Shown: piece by piece, positions 18,082 to 25,422 of the stretch | Numbering within the stretch: position 1 is the stretch's first letter | How the letters are laid out: each line of letters opens with the position of its first letter | IMG/VR virus record: IMGVR_UViG_3300037424_003017 | Span: 1 to 50,998 of that record | Reading direction: 5' to 3' (one strand) | Length of the DNA: 50,998 bases | Source of the DNA: a virus | Lineage: Duplodnaviria > Caudoviricetes | The notes under the pieces: model-generated | What the model was told of the DNA's origin: nothing | The model's database searches: none | What the model saw: only the letters and a program-made list of their open reading frames with translations | Translations under genes and position numbers: made by a program

Positions 18082-18402
18082 ATGAACGTATTGACTAATT
18101 CTGAAAAATATCAAGCAATGAGAGACGCGCTGAATGAGTACTATTGGGATAATAGTATCTCGCCAGAAGCAACGGCGGCAATGCTCAATACATTTGCGGC
18201 TGAGGTGTCTCGACTGGCTAAATTCATTCAGGATAATTGGTCTGCCCCTGACCCGCGCAGCCCAACTCTGCGTGCACCCGTCCTATCCGAGCAGAAATGC
18301 CCTTATTGCAATGGCAGGAAAAAAGTATATGCGTGGTTCAAATGGATACGATGTGCTGTATGCAACGGGACGGGCATTTCAACCCGCTCGGATGGCGGGT
18401 GA
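18082..18402 (+). CDS. cassette 4 protein with C-terminal CxxCxG zinc finger
   Basis: AGGAG RBS; CPYCNG..CAVCNGTG inside attC4. Confidence 0.75.
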   Translation: MNVLTNSEKYQAMRDALNEYYWDNSISPEATAAMLNTFAAEVSRLAKFIQDNWSAPDPRSPTLRAPVLSEQKCPYCNGRKKVYAWFKWIRCAVCNGTGISTRSDGG

Positions 18403-18419
18403 CGCTCGCCCCGTTGTGC
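18260..18419 (+). other. attC-like site 4
   Basis: GCCCAAC-TCT-GCGTGCACCCG ... CGGGTGACGC-TCGCCCC-GTTGTGC. Confidence 0.8.
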
Positions 18420-18514
18420 GTCGCTCGGGGAGCCTGAGTACACGCCCCCGCTCGCTGGACGCACAACGGGGCGCGAGATACATTTCTCAGTTGGCTCCGA
18501 AAGGATATAAAAGT

Positions 18515-18823
18515 ATGGCAAAAACTCTAGTCAATGAAACTGTGTTGGAAGGCGTAATATCAGCACGTATAAACGATGATGATTCGCTAACTATTATGGT
18601 TCGCTACATAGGTACAGATGAGCAGTGGTCATGGGAAGATATTATTGCTTTATCACCGGAAGGTGTGAAAGTTTTACGTGACTTGCTCGACCGCGACGCA
18701 CAACTGCGAAATGAAGCGGACGATGTGGGGCAGACATGCCCCTTGTGTGGGGGAAGGCGGGTTATCCTAAGTGGAGACACGAAGATATTGTGTCCTGCCT
18801 GCACAGTGACGGGGCATGTCTAA
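18515..18823 (+). CDS. cassette 5 protein with C-terminal zinc finger
   Basis: GAAAGGA RBS; CPLCGG..CPACTVTG inside attC5. Confidence 0.75.
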   Translation: MAKTLVNETVLEGVISARINDDDSLTIMVRYIGTDEQWSWEDIIALSPEGVKVLRDLLDRDAQLRNEADDVGQTCPLCGGRRVILSGDTKILCPACTVTGHV

Positions 18824-18860
18824 ACGCCCCACTCGCCGCTTATCTCGCGCCCCGTTCGTC
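18698..18860 (+). other. attC-like site 5
   Basis: GCACAAC-TGCGAAATGAAGCGG ... CCGCTTATCTCGCG-CCCC-GTTCGTC; same family as site 1. Confidence 0.75.
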
Positions 18861-18956
18861 GGACGCTGCGCTCCCCCCAACGAACGGGGGGGCTTGGTCC
18901 GCCCAATGGGGCGAGCGTAGGAACGCAGAGCCGGGCTTCGCTGAAAGGAAAAAAGA

Positions 18957-19202
18957 ATGATAACAAAAAGTGATGCACGTAAAATTCTTGAAGAAACATG
19001 CGGTGAATACATTGCCGTTGATGACGAGTTGGCAGCAAGGGTGGCTGATGGGTTCAATGCAATCCTCGACTCGCGCAGCCCAACTCTGCGTGAAGCTGCT
19101 CCGCCCATTCGTGAAGCTGTGTGCGATTGCTTGGCACTTCACAATGCGCAAGAAGTTGCAATCAATCACTGTTTTGCGTGCGGGAAACCGCTTCACTCAT
19201 GA
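18957..19202 (+). CDS. cassette 6 protein with C-terminal Cys cluster
   Basis: GAAAGGA RBS; CDC..CFACG inside attC6. Confidence 0.72.
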   Translation: MITKSDARKILEETCGEYIAVDDELAARVADGFNAILDSRSPTLREAAPPIREAVCDCLALHNAQEVAINHCFACGKPLHS

Positions 19203-19235
19203 ACGGGCGGGCAGCTTACGCTCGCCCCATTCGGC
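19078..19235 (+). other. attC-like site 6
   Basis: GCCCAAC-TCT-GCGTGAAGCTGC-TCCGCCC ... GGGCGG-GCAGCTTACGC-TCGCCCC-ATTCGGC. Confidence 0.78.
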
Positions 19236-19261
19236 GGCTTCATCGCTCGAAAGGTTGAATT

Positions 19262-19627
19262 ATGACAGATAGAATCCCCGCACAATGTTTTCACCCTGGC
19301 GAATATATCAGGGATGAAATGGAAGCTCGTAAATGGGATGTAGCCGAGCTAGCAAAGCGAATGAGTGTACATGATATGCCCGTTGAAATTGCGGTGTCAC
19401 TCATCGAGTGCGAACAAGACATTACGCCTAGTATTGCTTTTGGTTTGCGCCGCGCGTTTGGAACGTCCGCCGATTTGTGGATGAATTTGCAGAAGGCTTT
19501 TGATGTATGGCAAGAAAGCCGCCCAACACTGCTTGCAGCGGACGTCTTTGAGTCGGAGCCAAAATGCTACTGCCCTGCCGATGGTGTTTACCCTGGTTGT
19601 CCTGTTCATGGCAACCGCCGCCGCTAA
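19262..19627 (+). CDS. higA: cassette 7 HigA-family antitoxin-like HTH protein with Cys/His tail
   Basis: HPGEYIRDEM, ITPSIAFGLRRAFGTSADLWMNLQ; tail CYCP..GCPVHG inside attC7. Confidence 0.8.
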   Translation: MTDRIPAQCFHPGEYIRDEMEARKWDVAELAKRMSVHDMPVEIAVSLIECEQDITPSIAFGLRRAFGTSADLWMNLQKAFDVWQESRPTLLAADVFESEPKCYCPADGVYPGCPVHGNRRR

Positions 19628-19636
19628 AGCTTGCCG
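19521..19636 (+). other. attC site 7, R' box lost
   Basis: GCCCAAC-ACT-GCTTGCAGCGG ... CCGCTAAAGC-TTGCC followed by GAG instead of GTT. Confidence 0.65.
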
Positions 19637-19836
19637 AGCAGAATTCGGCTTTTACTTATGGCGCTGTGCCGTATGCACCAATAAAAGATTTGCTTGGTTA
19701 TCTTGAACTTGATTTGGAGAACCGTGAGCTAGACGACAAGGATCATTGGGAAGAAGTGTACCAAGTTATTAATGAATGGCTTCACACGCCGAATTCTAAC
19801 CGCTCGGCAGGCGGGTGATCCCGCGCCCCGTTCGTC
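19632..19836 (+). pseudogene. unit 8: cassette remnant (inner stem, coding loop and right arm of an attC4-type site)
   Basis: TGCCGAGCAGAATTCGGC pairs with GCCGAATTCT-AACC-GCTCGGCA; frame ends NRSAGG* like cassette 4 TRSDGG*; no own RBS or start seen. Confidence 0.6.
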
Positions 19837-19930
19837 GGACGCTGCGCTCCCCCAAACTACGGGGGGCTTGGTCCGACGAATGGGCGAGCGTAGGAACGCA
19901 GAGTTGTCTGCGCTCAATGAAAGGAAAATC

Positions 19931-20173
19931 ATGTCGCCTGAAGAACTTGAAGAATTGCAATATCACATTGCCTGGGCTTTGAAACATGCGCAACGTGCGG
20001 TGGAGGCTGCAAAGAAAGCTGATGAGTTTCTTGACAAGCTCGCCACGCAGCGCAGCCCAACTCTGCGTACACCCGTCCATGAGCGGGAGTGGGTTTGCTT
20101 AAAATGTACAACAACAAACATGCTTGATGTTCCTATCTGTCAGGCGTGTGGGGCGTCCCGCTCAGGCGGGTGA
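19931..20173 (+). CDS. cassette 9 protein with RanBP2-type zinc finger
   Basis: GAAAGGA RBS; WVCLKCTTTNMLDVPICQAC fits W-x-C-x2-C-x3-N-x6-C-x2-C, inside attC9. Confidence 0.78.
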   Translation: MSPEELEELQYHIAWALKHAQRAVEAAKKADEFLDKLATQRSPTLRTPVHEREWVCLKCTTTNMLDVPICQACGASRSGG

Positions 20174-20190
20174 CGCTTGCCCCATTAGGA
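20055..20190 (+). other. attC-like site 9
   Basis: GCCCAAC-TCT-GCGTACACCCG..TGAGCGGGA ... TCCCGCTCA-GGCGGGTGACGC-TTGCCCC-ATTAGGA. Confidence 0.78.
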
Positions 20191-20199
20191 TTCTTTCTT

Positions 20200-20400
20200 A
20201 TGGACAAAATACTCTCTGGTATCGAAGATGTACCTGCAATCGCAGATGATAAATGTGGCGTTTGCGGAACGCAATTGACGAAAGAAAACTTTAGTGATTG
20301 GTTTATCTTTGTCAAAAATGATGGTCAAATGTATCAAGTGCCTTGTTGTAACCCTTGCCTAGCAGAAAGAGGTAAGGGTGGAGAAAAGGTTTATGAATAA
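20200..20400 (+). CDS. cassette 10a small Cys-rich protein
   Basis: CGVCG..CCNPC; AGGA before ATG. Confidence 0.6.
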   Translation: MDKILSGIEDVPAIADDKCGVCGTQLTKENFSDWFIFVKNDGQMYQVPCCNPCLAERGKGGEKVYE

Positions 20401-20575
20401 CGACACACATGTTTACCCATTGAACGACTTGCAAGAACATGTCCTCGAAGGCGTTGAGTGTCCGTGCAATCCTACAGTAGAAGTAATTGGAGCAGACCTG
20501 TTGATAATCCATAATGCTTTTGACAACAGGGAAGTGGTCGAAGAGGCTATTGCCATAATGAATGGCGAAGCCTAA
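20393..20575 (+). CDS. cassette 10b small protein
   Basis: HVYP..D..EH....CPCNP..IHNAFD; stop TAA lies in the GCCTAAC R'' box. Confidence 0.7.
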   Translation: MNNDTHVYPLNDLQEHVLEGVECPCNPTVEVIGADLLIIHNAFDNREVVEEAIAIMNGEA

Positions 20576-20602
20576 CACTTGCCGTTGAGAAGGAGATCGC
20601 AA

Positions 20603-21322
20603 ATGACATCACACGGTATTTTGATGAGCGATGAAATGGTACGGCAATATCTCGCCGGCAGGAAGATCATGACCAGGCGCACTCGTGGGTTGGATGTTAT
20701 CAATAAGAGCCCTAATCACTGGACATGTCGTGGGCTATCTTCGTCTGGTGATCATTTCGTTTTCGACAGTCTGCCTTTGCCTGATCTCCCACGGCAAAAG
20801 ATCAAGCCTCCCTATGGGTATATCGGTGACGAATTATGGTTCAAAGAGTGTTTTCAGGTGATTTTCCCCTTACCTGTTGTATCTACTGACGGCAGGGTTC
20901 ACATGCAGGAGTGGAGTGGAAGGCTTCCAAAAACTAAACACGTGAATTTCACTACGGTCTATCGAGCCGATGATGCTAAACGATTCTCTGGCTGGAGACC
21001 CTCGATATTTATGAATAAATGGGCTAGTCGTATAGTCACTAGGGTACGCAGTATTCGTGTGGAGCGATTGCAGGACATCGTCCATCACTCCTATGAAGCA
21101 AAACAAGAGGGCTTCGATTACCTGGGAACTTTCGATGACGTTCAATGGCGCCCTGGTGTGGATACCGGCAAATGTTACTTCATCGATTATTGGGACTCGT
21201 TGAATGCAAAGCGCGGCATGAGTTGGGAGTTCAATCCGTGGGTGTGGGTGTATGAGTTTCCGCAGTATTCTCCCTCACCCCAGCCCTCTCCCGCTGGGAG
21301 AGGGGGAGAGGTGGATGGTTGA
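20603..21322 (+). CDS. ASCH/PUA-like phage protein
   Basis: GRKIMTRR, GDELWFKE, WRPSIFM.KWASRI, NPWVWVYEF motifs. Confidence 0.7.
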   Translation: MTSHGILMSDEMVRQYLAGRKIMTRRTRGLDVINKSPNHWTCRGLSSSGDHFVFDSLPLPDLPRQKIKPPYGYIGDELWFKECFQVIFPLPVVSTDGRVHMQEWSGRLPKTKHVNFTTVYRADDAKRFSGWRPSIFMNKWASRIVTRVRSIRVERLQDIVHHSYEAKQEGFDYLGTFDDVQWRPGVDTGKCYFIDYWDSLNAKRGMSWEFNPWVWVYEFPQYSPSPQPSPAGRGGEVDG

Positions 21323-21938
21323 TATGAAATACGACGAGGCGAAGTTGTTGTCCATAAAGTTTGGAGCTTTGATGTCGCAGGCGTGTGAGCGCCTAGAGAT
21401 CGTTGGCAGTGTGAAGCGTGCAGATAAGCTAGAAGTGCATGATATTGAGTTTCTGATGATCGCCGATGATCGCCGACCGCGCCCGGAGTTTGGTCAGAAG
21501 GTGATCCATAAGACGATGCTGGATAAGGTTTTGTTTGAATTGTGTGATACCGGTTTACTGAAACGTGTTATGGGCGGAGACAAGCTTAAGAAGTATGAGA
21601 TCATCGAAGCGAGAGAGACGGAGGTCAACCCGTTCTGTCTGGAGATCTACGTCGTGCGCCCGTGGACGTGGGGCATCCAGAATGTGATCCGCACGGGTCC
21701 TGCGGCGTTCAGTCACTGCTTTGTGACCAATAAGGGTTCGGTGTGCTACGACAAGGAATCAGGTCATTTCTATTACGGCCTGTTGCCGGATGACTGCCAG
21801 TACATCCGAGGGGAGACGCGCATCGAGCGCAACGGGCTGACACTGAACCTGCCCGAGGAAGCCGACGCCCTGGCAGTGATCGGCAAAGGTTGGATCGAGC
21901 CGCAGGATCGCCGGCGGTTCGCAATCAGAAAAGGATAA
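21315..21938 (+). CDS. DNA polymerase X-like nucleotidyltransferase (core only)
   Basis: IVGSVKR, HDIEFL, IRTGPAAFS, EEADAL..IG..WIEPQDR. Confidence 0.78.
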   Translation: MVDMKYDEAKLLSIKFGALMSQACERLEIVGSVKRADKLEVHDIEFLMIADDRRPRPEFGQKVIHKTMLDKVLFELCDTGLLKRVMGGDKLKKYEIIEARETEVNPFCLEIYVVRPWTWGIQNVIRTGPAAFSHCFVTNKGSVCYDKESGHFYYGLLPDDCQYIRGETRIERNGLTLNLPEEADALAVIGKGWIEPQDRRRFAIRKG

Positions 21939-21982
21939 TGGTTATGAACATGAAAACAGCGACCATGATGGAGAATTGAATC

Positions 21983-22225
21983 ATGAATATGACAGATACG
22001 ACAGTGGGTGTTGGGTCGTGGTTGAAGCGCGGCAGAAGTCATCCCATCGAGCATTTCATCACTGCCGACGATGGTGACGGGATGTTGATCACTGCCTGCG
22101 GAAAGCGGATGCGCCGCGGTCCAGCAGTGTTAGGAACAAGTGGGGAGGACAGCGCCTATCGCTGTGTGACCTGTACCGATGCGGCGAGGGTATCGGCATT
22201 ACTAGAGATCAAACAAGGAGAATGA
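21983..22225 (+). CDS. hypothetical protein (His/Cys motif)
   Basis: H..TACG..CVTC; GGAG RBS. Confidence 0.55.
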   Translation: MNMTDTTVGVGSWLKRGRSHPIEHFITADDGDGMLITACGKRMRRGPAVLGTSGEDSAYRCVTCTDAARVSALLEIKQGE

Positions 22226-22226
22226 C

Positions 22227-23012
22227 ATGCAAAGAATATATTTCCACTACCAAAACTTAAACGATGCTCATCCCAAAAGATATTGGTCTCACGGTCGTTT
22301 CTGGCTGGGCGACGCGTTTCTACATGCGGAGTGGCATCTTCCCGCGTGGCGAGATTTCGGATTTCGTATCAGCCTGAACAACTACGGCGATACTGCAATA
22401 GGTCTATCTATTGGTCTGTTCTTTTTCTGGATCCACCTGTGTACAGAAAACAGGCGTTTGTATAAGTGGCTGGCTCCAATCACTAAACGAAAAGACCAGA
22501 CTTATACAAACGGTAGAGACATTGGTGTTTCTTTGGATAACTGGGCGTTGCGAGTAAGCCTATGGAGTGACTCAATGGAGCACCGAAGCGTTGACCCAAA
22601 ATGGTGGAACTTTGTCATTAACTTCAAGGATATCTTTCTTGGGAAGAAGAAGCACAGCCTTGAGATTTTGGGCGAAGGCGAAGCGCAGATAGATATGCCA
22701 GAGGGTATATACCCAGCAACTTACAAGATCGAAAAACGAACATGGAAGCGGCCGCGTTGGTTTTCCAAGTCGAATACGGACATTTGGTTTGACATACCAG
22801 CAGGAATCCCGCATGAAGGAAAGGGTGAGAATTCTTGGGATATGGATATGAACGCTACATTTGGAATAGGAACCGATTGGGGCGGAAATATTCACGAAGC
22901 CGCAAAGAGAATCGCATTACGTTGTTTGGCAAGTAGGTCAAAGACAGGAAGTTTGAGTAGTCCTGCCTATGCCGTATGGCGAGATGATCGCATGAATAAA
23001 GGAGAACAATAA
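22227..23012 (+). CDS. hypothetical phage protein
   Basis: AGGAG RBS; 261-aa ORF. Confidence 0.65.
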   Translation: MQRIYFHYQNLNDAHPKRYWSHGRFWLGDAFLHAEWHLPAWRDFGFRISLNNYGDTAIGLSIGLFFFWIHLCTENRRLYKWLAPITKRKDQTYTNGRDIGVSLDNWALRVSLWSDSMEHRSVDPKWWNFVINFKDIFLGKKKHSLEILGEGEAQIDMPEGIYPATYKIEKRTWKRPRWFSKSNTDIWFDIPAGIPHEGKGENSWDMDMNATFGIGTDWGGNIHEAAKRIALRCLASRSKTGSLSSPAYAVWRDDRMNKGEQ

Positions 23013-23251
23013 TGCAAAGCAGAGATGATTTAGGAAACATCAAACAATTGAGTGAAGTCGATCTTTCTGATATTGCTGATTTGGCTTCAAAAATCAAGTC
23101 AGCCGAAGAGAAAGGAGCCGTGTCTCATACAATTGCCAAGCTCCCGAAAGCAGGACAGAACGTTGAGATAGGGGGGATGTCATTCCGCGTCGAGTTTGCT
23201 GATTTTGTGAAAGGCAAGTTCTACATCAAACTTGTTTTGAGGGATAAGTGA
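23012..23251 (+). CDS. hypothetical protein
   Basis: AAGGAG RBS; TAATG coupling. Confidence 0.6.
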   Translation: MQSRDDLGNIKQLSEVDLSDIADLASKIKSAEEKGAVSHTIAKLPKAGQNVEIGGMSFRVEFADFVKGKFYIKLVLRDK

Positions 23252-23340
23252 AGTCAGATGGGTGAGCTTTCACCTATCATTCGATATAAGAAACATTATA
23301 TAGAATGATAATACTTTCGACAACTATCATTATCGAAACC

Positions 23341-23559
23341 ATGAAAACGAGCATATATGACCGCATACCCACGATGGAAACACCTGCTCTCATCCTCATG
23401 AGATCGTTTTGGGCTTTCTCCTGCGAAGTGCGAAAAACCGCACCACGCCGGCATGACTATGTGGGTAAGTGCTTGCTTCGTGCAACATTGGAACTTGAGG
23501 GACGCGGTGTGCTCCCCTGCCCTTCCAAGTCCACTATGCGAAAGGATAAATCTATATGA
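23341..23559 (+). CDS. hypothetical protein
   Basis: Coupled to next ORF; start uncertain. Confidence 0.45.
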   Translation: MKTSIYDRIPTMETPALILMRSFWAFSCEVRKTAPRRHDYVGKCLLRATLELEGRGVLPCPSKSTMRKDKSI

Positions 23560-23846
23560 TTACATCCAAAACATATAAAGCATTATCGATATTAATCCAA
23601 AATGGCAAAGCAACTTCGCGTGAATTTGCTAAGGAAATGTGGACAGACGATCCTAAATGGAAGTTGAAGGGTAATCACGATAAACAAGGTGGATATAAAC
23701 TTGTTTATGCTGGTGGTAACTATCTTGCTCGCTTGTATCGACAGGGACTTGTTCTTCGATGGCGTCCTTATGGTGATGTTGTTCATTGGAAAATTAGCGA
23801 AGAAGGCAAGAAAAAGATAGATGAATACTTAGCGAAAAATAAATGA
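23556..23846 (+). CDS. hypothetical winged-helix-like protein
   Basis: YLARLYRQGLV..WKISEEGKK. Confidence 0.55.
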   Translation: MITSKTYKALSILIQNGKATSREFAKEMWTDDPKWKLKGNHDKQGGYKLVYAGGNYLARLYRQGLVLRWRPYGDVVHWKISEEGKKKIDEYLAKNK

Positions 23847-24298
23847 TGCCGGCCCAGAGACCAAGTGCCCATCATATTGCCCGCTCTACGATTGAGGCGC
23901 AGATGATCTCTCAACGTGTGCGGGCATCAGCCTGGCAGTTGTATGAGCACGAGCTAGAGAGAATGGACCCGCGTACCGGTAAGACTTATACGCCTCGCAA
24001 GGCGTTACACAATGTCATGTTGTGGATCGATGGGCAAAAAAGACAGAAAGAGAAGGCAAAGTGTTCACCGACTCCACGCCAGCGTCTTGTTCTCCAGATG
24101 ATGGTGAACGGAATGAAGCAAAATCAGATCGCCGAGCGACTGGGAATTAGTGTTCGTACTTTGAAGTATCATTTCTCGAGTATGAAAAGCCGACTGGGTG
24201 TGGAAACTTTATATCAGGTAGTGGCTATTTCGGTGCAGGAGGGATGGATCCAACCGCCCAAGTGGAACGGAAAGGAGATTGCACAAAGGTACAACTAG
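23843..24298 (+). CDS. LuxR-type HTH regulator (candidate late activator)
   Basis: PTPRQRLVLQMMVNGMKQNQIAERLGISVRTLKYHFSSMKSRLGV; last early gene. Confidence 0.85.
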   Translation: MMPAQRPSAHHIARSTIEAQMISQRVRASAWQLYEHELERMDPRTGKTYTPRKALHNVMLWIDGQKRQKEKAKCSPTPRQRLVLQMMVNGMKQNQIAERLGISVRTLKYHFSSMKSRLGVETLYQVVAISVQEGWIQPPKWNGKEIAQRYN

Positions 24299-24324
24299 CA
24301 GGGAAAAGTCTTGTTCATTATTAT
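24276..24324 (+). promoter_or_regulatory. late promoter 1 (28-bp box plus -10)
   Basis: AGATTGCACAAAGGTACAACTAGCAGGG, exact copy at 36593-36620; TATTAT 15 bp downstream. Confidence 0.7.
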
Positions 24325-24381
24325 GAGAGGGACGTCATCCCCACGAGTGTGGGGAATAAACATATTAAAGGAGCTCCCCCC

Positions 24382-24759
24382 ATGTCTACCAATAATCCCC
24401 CCATCTATAAGAGTTTGACCTTCTGGACATTGTTAGTCGGTCTCGTGATGTTTGCCGTTCAATTCTATATTCCGACATTCCCTTTGAATACAGTGCAAAT
24501 CCTTGCGCTTGTGTTGTTCTTTCTTGGTTTGATCGGTGTTGTACCCACTCTGCTTGCACGAGGGTTTCGTGGTGCACTCGCCGGAGGGATCGTTTCTGTA
24601 CTTGCATTTTGGCAATTGGTCGCGGGTTTTGTGCTGTTCGTGATCACATACTTCTCACCCGCATTTCCCTTCGATACAAATATCATACTGGGTGTCATTC
24701 TTTACATCCTGTCTTGGTTTGGAATCACACCGGAATTCCGGGCACGCGGGTTGAAGTAA
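24382..24759 (+). CDS. internally duplicated 4-TM protein (holin-like)
   Basis: Two ~50-aa repeats of FW.L..G.V.F...FP.....IL; AAGGAG RBS. Confidence 0.65.
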   Translation: MSTNNPPIYKSLTFWTLLVGLVMFAVQFYIPTFPLNTVQILALVLFFLGLIGVVPTLLARGFRGALAGGIVSVLAFWQLVAGFVLFVITYFSPAFPFDTNIILGVILYILSWFGITPEFRARGLK

Positions 24760-24846
24760 ATTGACTCGAAGCGGGACCCGTCTCGGATGCAGCAGGAGGC
24801 GTGTCCCGTTTCTCTGTTTCCCTTTGAAACTTAGTGGAATTTAGCG

Positions 24847-25422
24847 ATGCGCCTAAAAAAACACCAACGGGAGCAGTTGATCAGTTGGATTGCAGAAGGG
24901 ATGCAAACCGATGAAATCAACGCGCGCGCTGAGAAATTCAAACCTCCTTTCAAGGTTTCCACGGCACTTGTTGCTCATTATCGTAAGACCCGTGGCATAC
25001 AACTTGGCGAACTGAAAGAGTCCGGCGAGAACGATGCTCTGACTACCGGGCTCGCTGTCAAAGCCAACCGTGTGGAGAATCTCCAGGCGCTTGCGGACAA
25101 ACTGTATGACGACCTGATGAACGGCGACAAATTATGGTTGTTGCAGGTAAAGGGAATTGGCAGTAAAGAGGACTTCGAGCGCATCACCTATTACGAGTTT
25201 AATTCTGCCGAGGTAGCTCAATATCGTGGATTGGTTGACGATATATCTGCTGAAGTCGGCGAACGTGTTCGTAAAACCGACCTGACCAGTAACGGCAAAC
25301 CCATCGGACAGAATAGGGAATTCCTGAAAGGCTCCGTGAGTGACGAACAACTTGAAGTTCTCGAAGAAGCGGCAAGGATTGTCGCTTCCAAACGCGATCC
25401 TCAGCCTGCCCAGCCTGGCTGA
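24847..25422 (+). CDS. terS: terminase small subunit
   Basis: Position before TerL; C-terminal KTDLTSNGKPI motif. Confidence 0.7.
   Translation: MRLKKHQREQLISWIAEGMQTDEINARAEKFKPPFKVSTALVAHYRKTRGIQLGELKESGENDALTTGLAVKANRVENLQALADKLYDDLMNGDKLWLLQVKGIGSKEDFERITYYEFNSAEVAQYRGLVDDISAEVGERVRKTDLTSNGKPIGQNREFLKGSVSDEQLEVLEEAARIVASKRDPQPAQPG

Larger units (their letters stand above)
16811..20590 (+). mobile_element. integron cassette array (~10 units)
   Basis: Small ORFs each ending in an AAC...(G/A)TT imperfect hairpin; cassette 5' ends complement their own R'' box (e.g. GTTGGGCGGCT 17263 vs AGCCGCCCAAC 17474). Confidence 0.88.

Noticed and set aside
16807-19930. Upstream-extended starts of cassette ORFs (16807, 17036, 18134, 19772)
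   Set aside because: The extensions translate leader or attC repeats; good RBSs support 16915, 17303, 18515 and 19931.
16811-20190. CRISPR array or diversity-generating retroelement reading of the repeats
   Set aside because: Repeats are separated by whole genes of variable length and have attC geometry beside an IntI; no cas or reverse transcriptase gene is seen.
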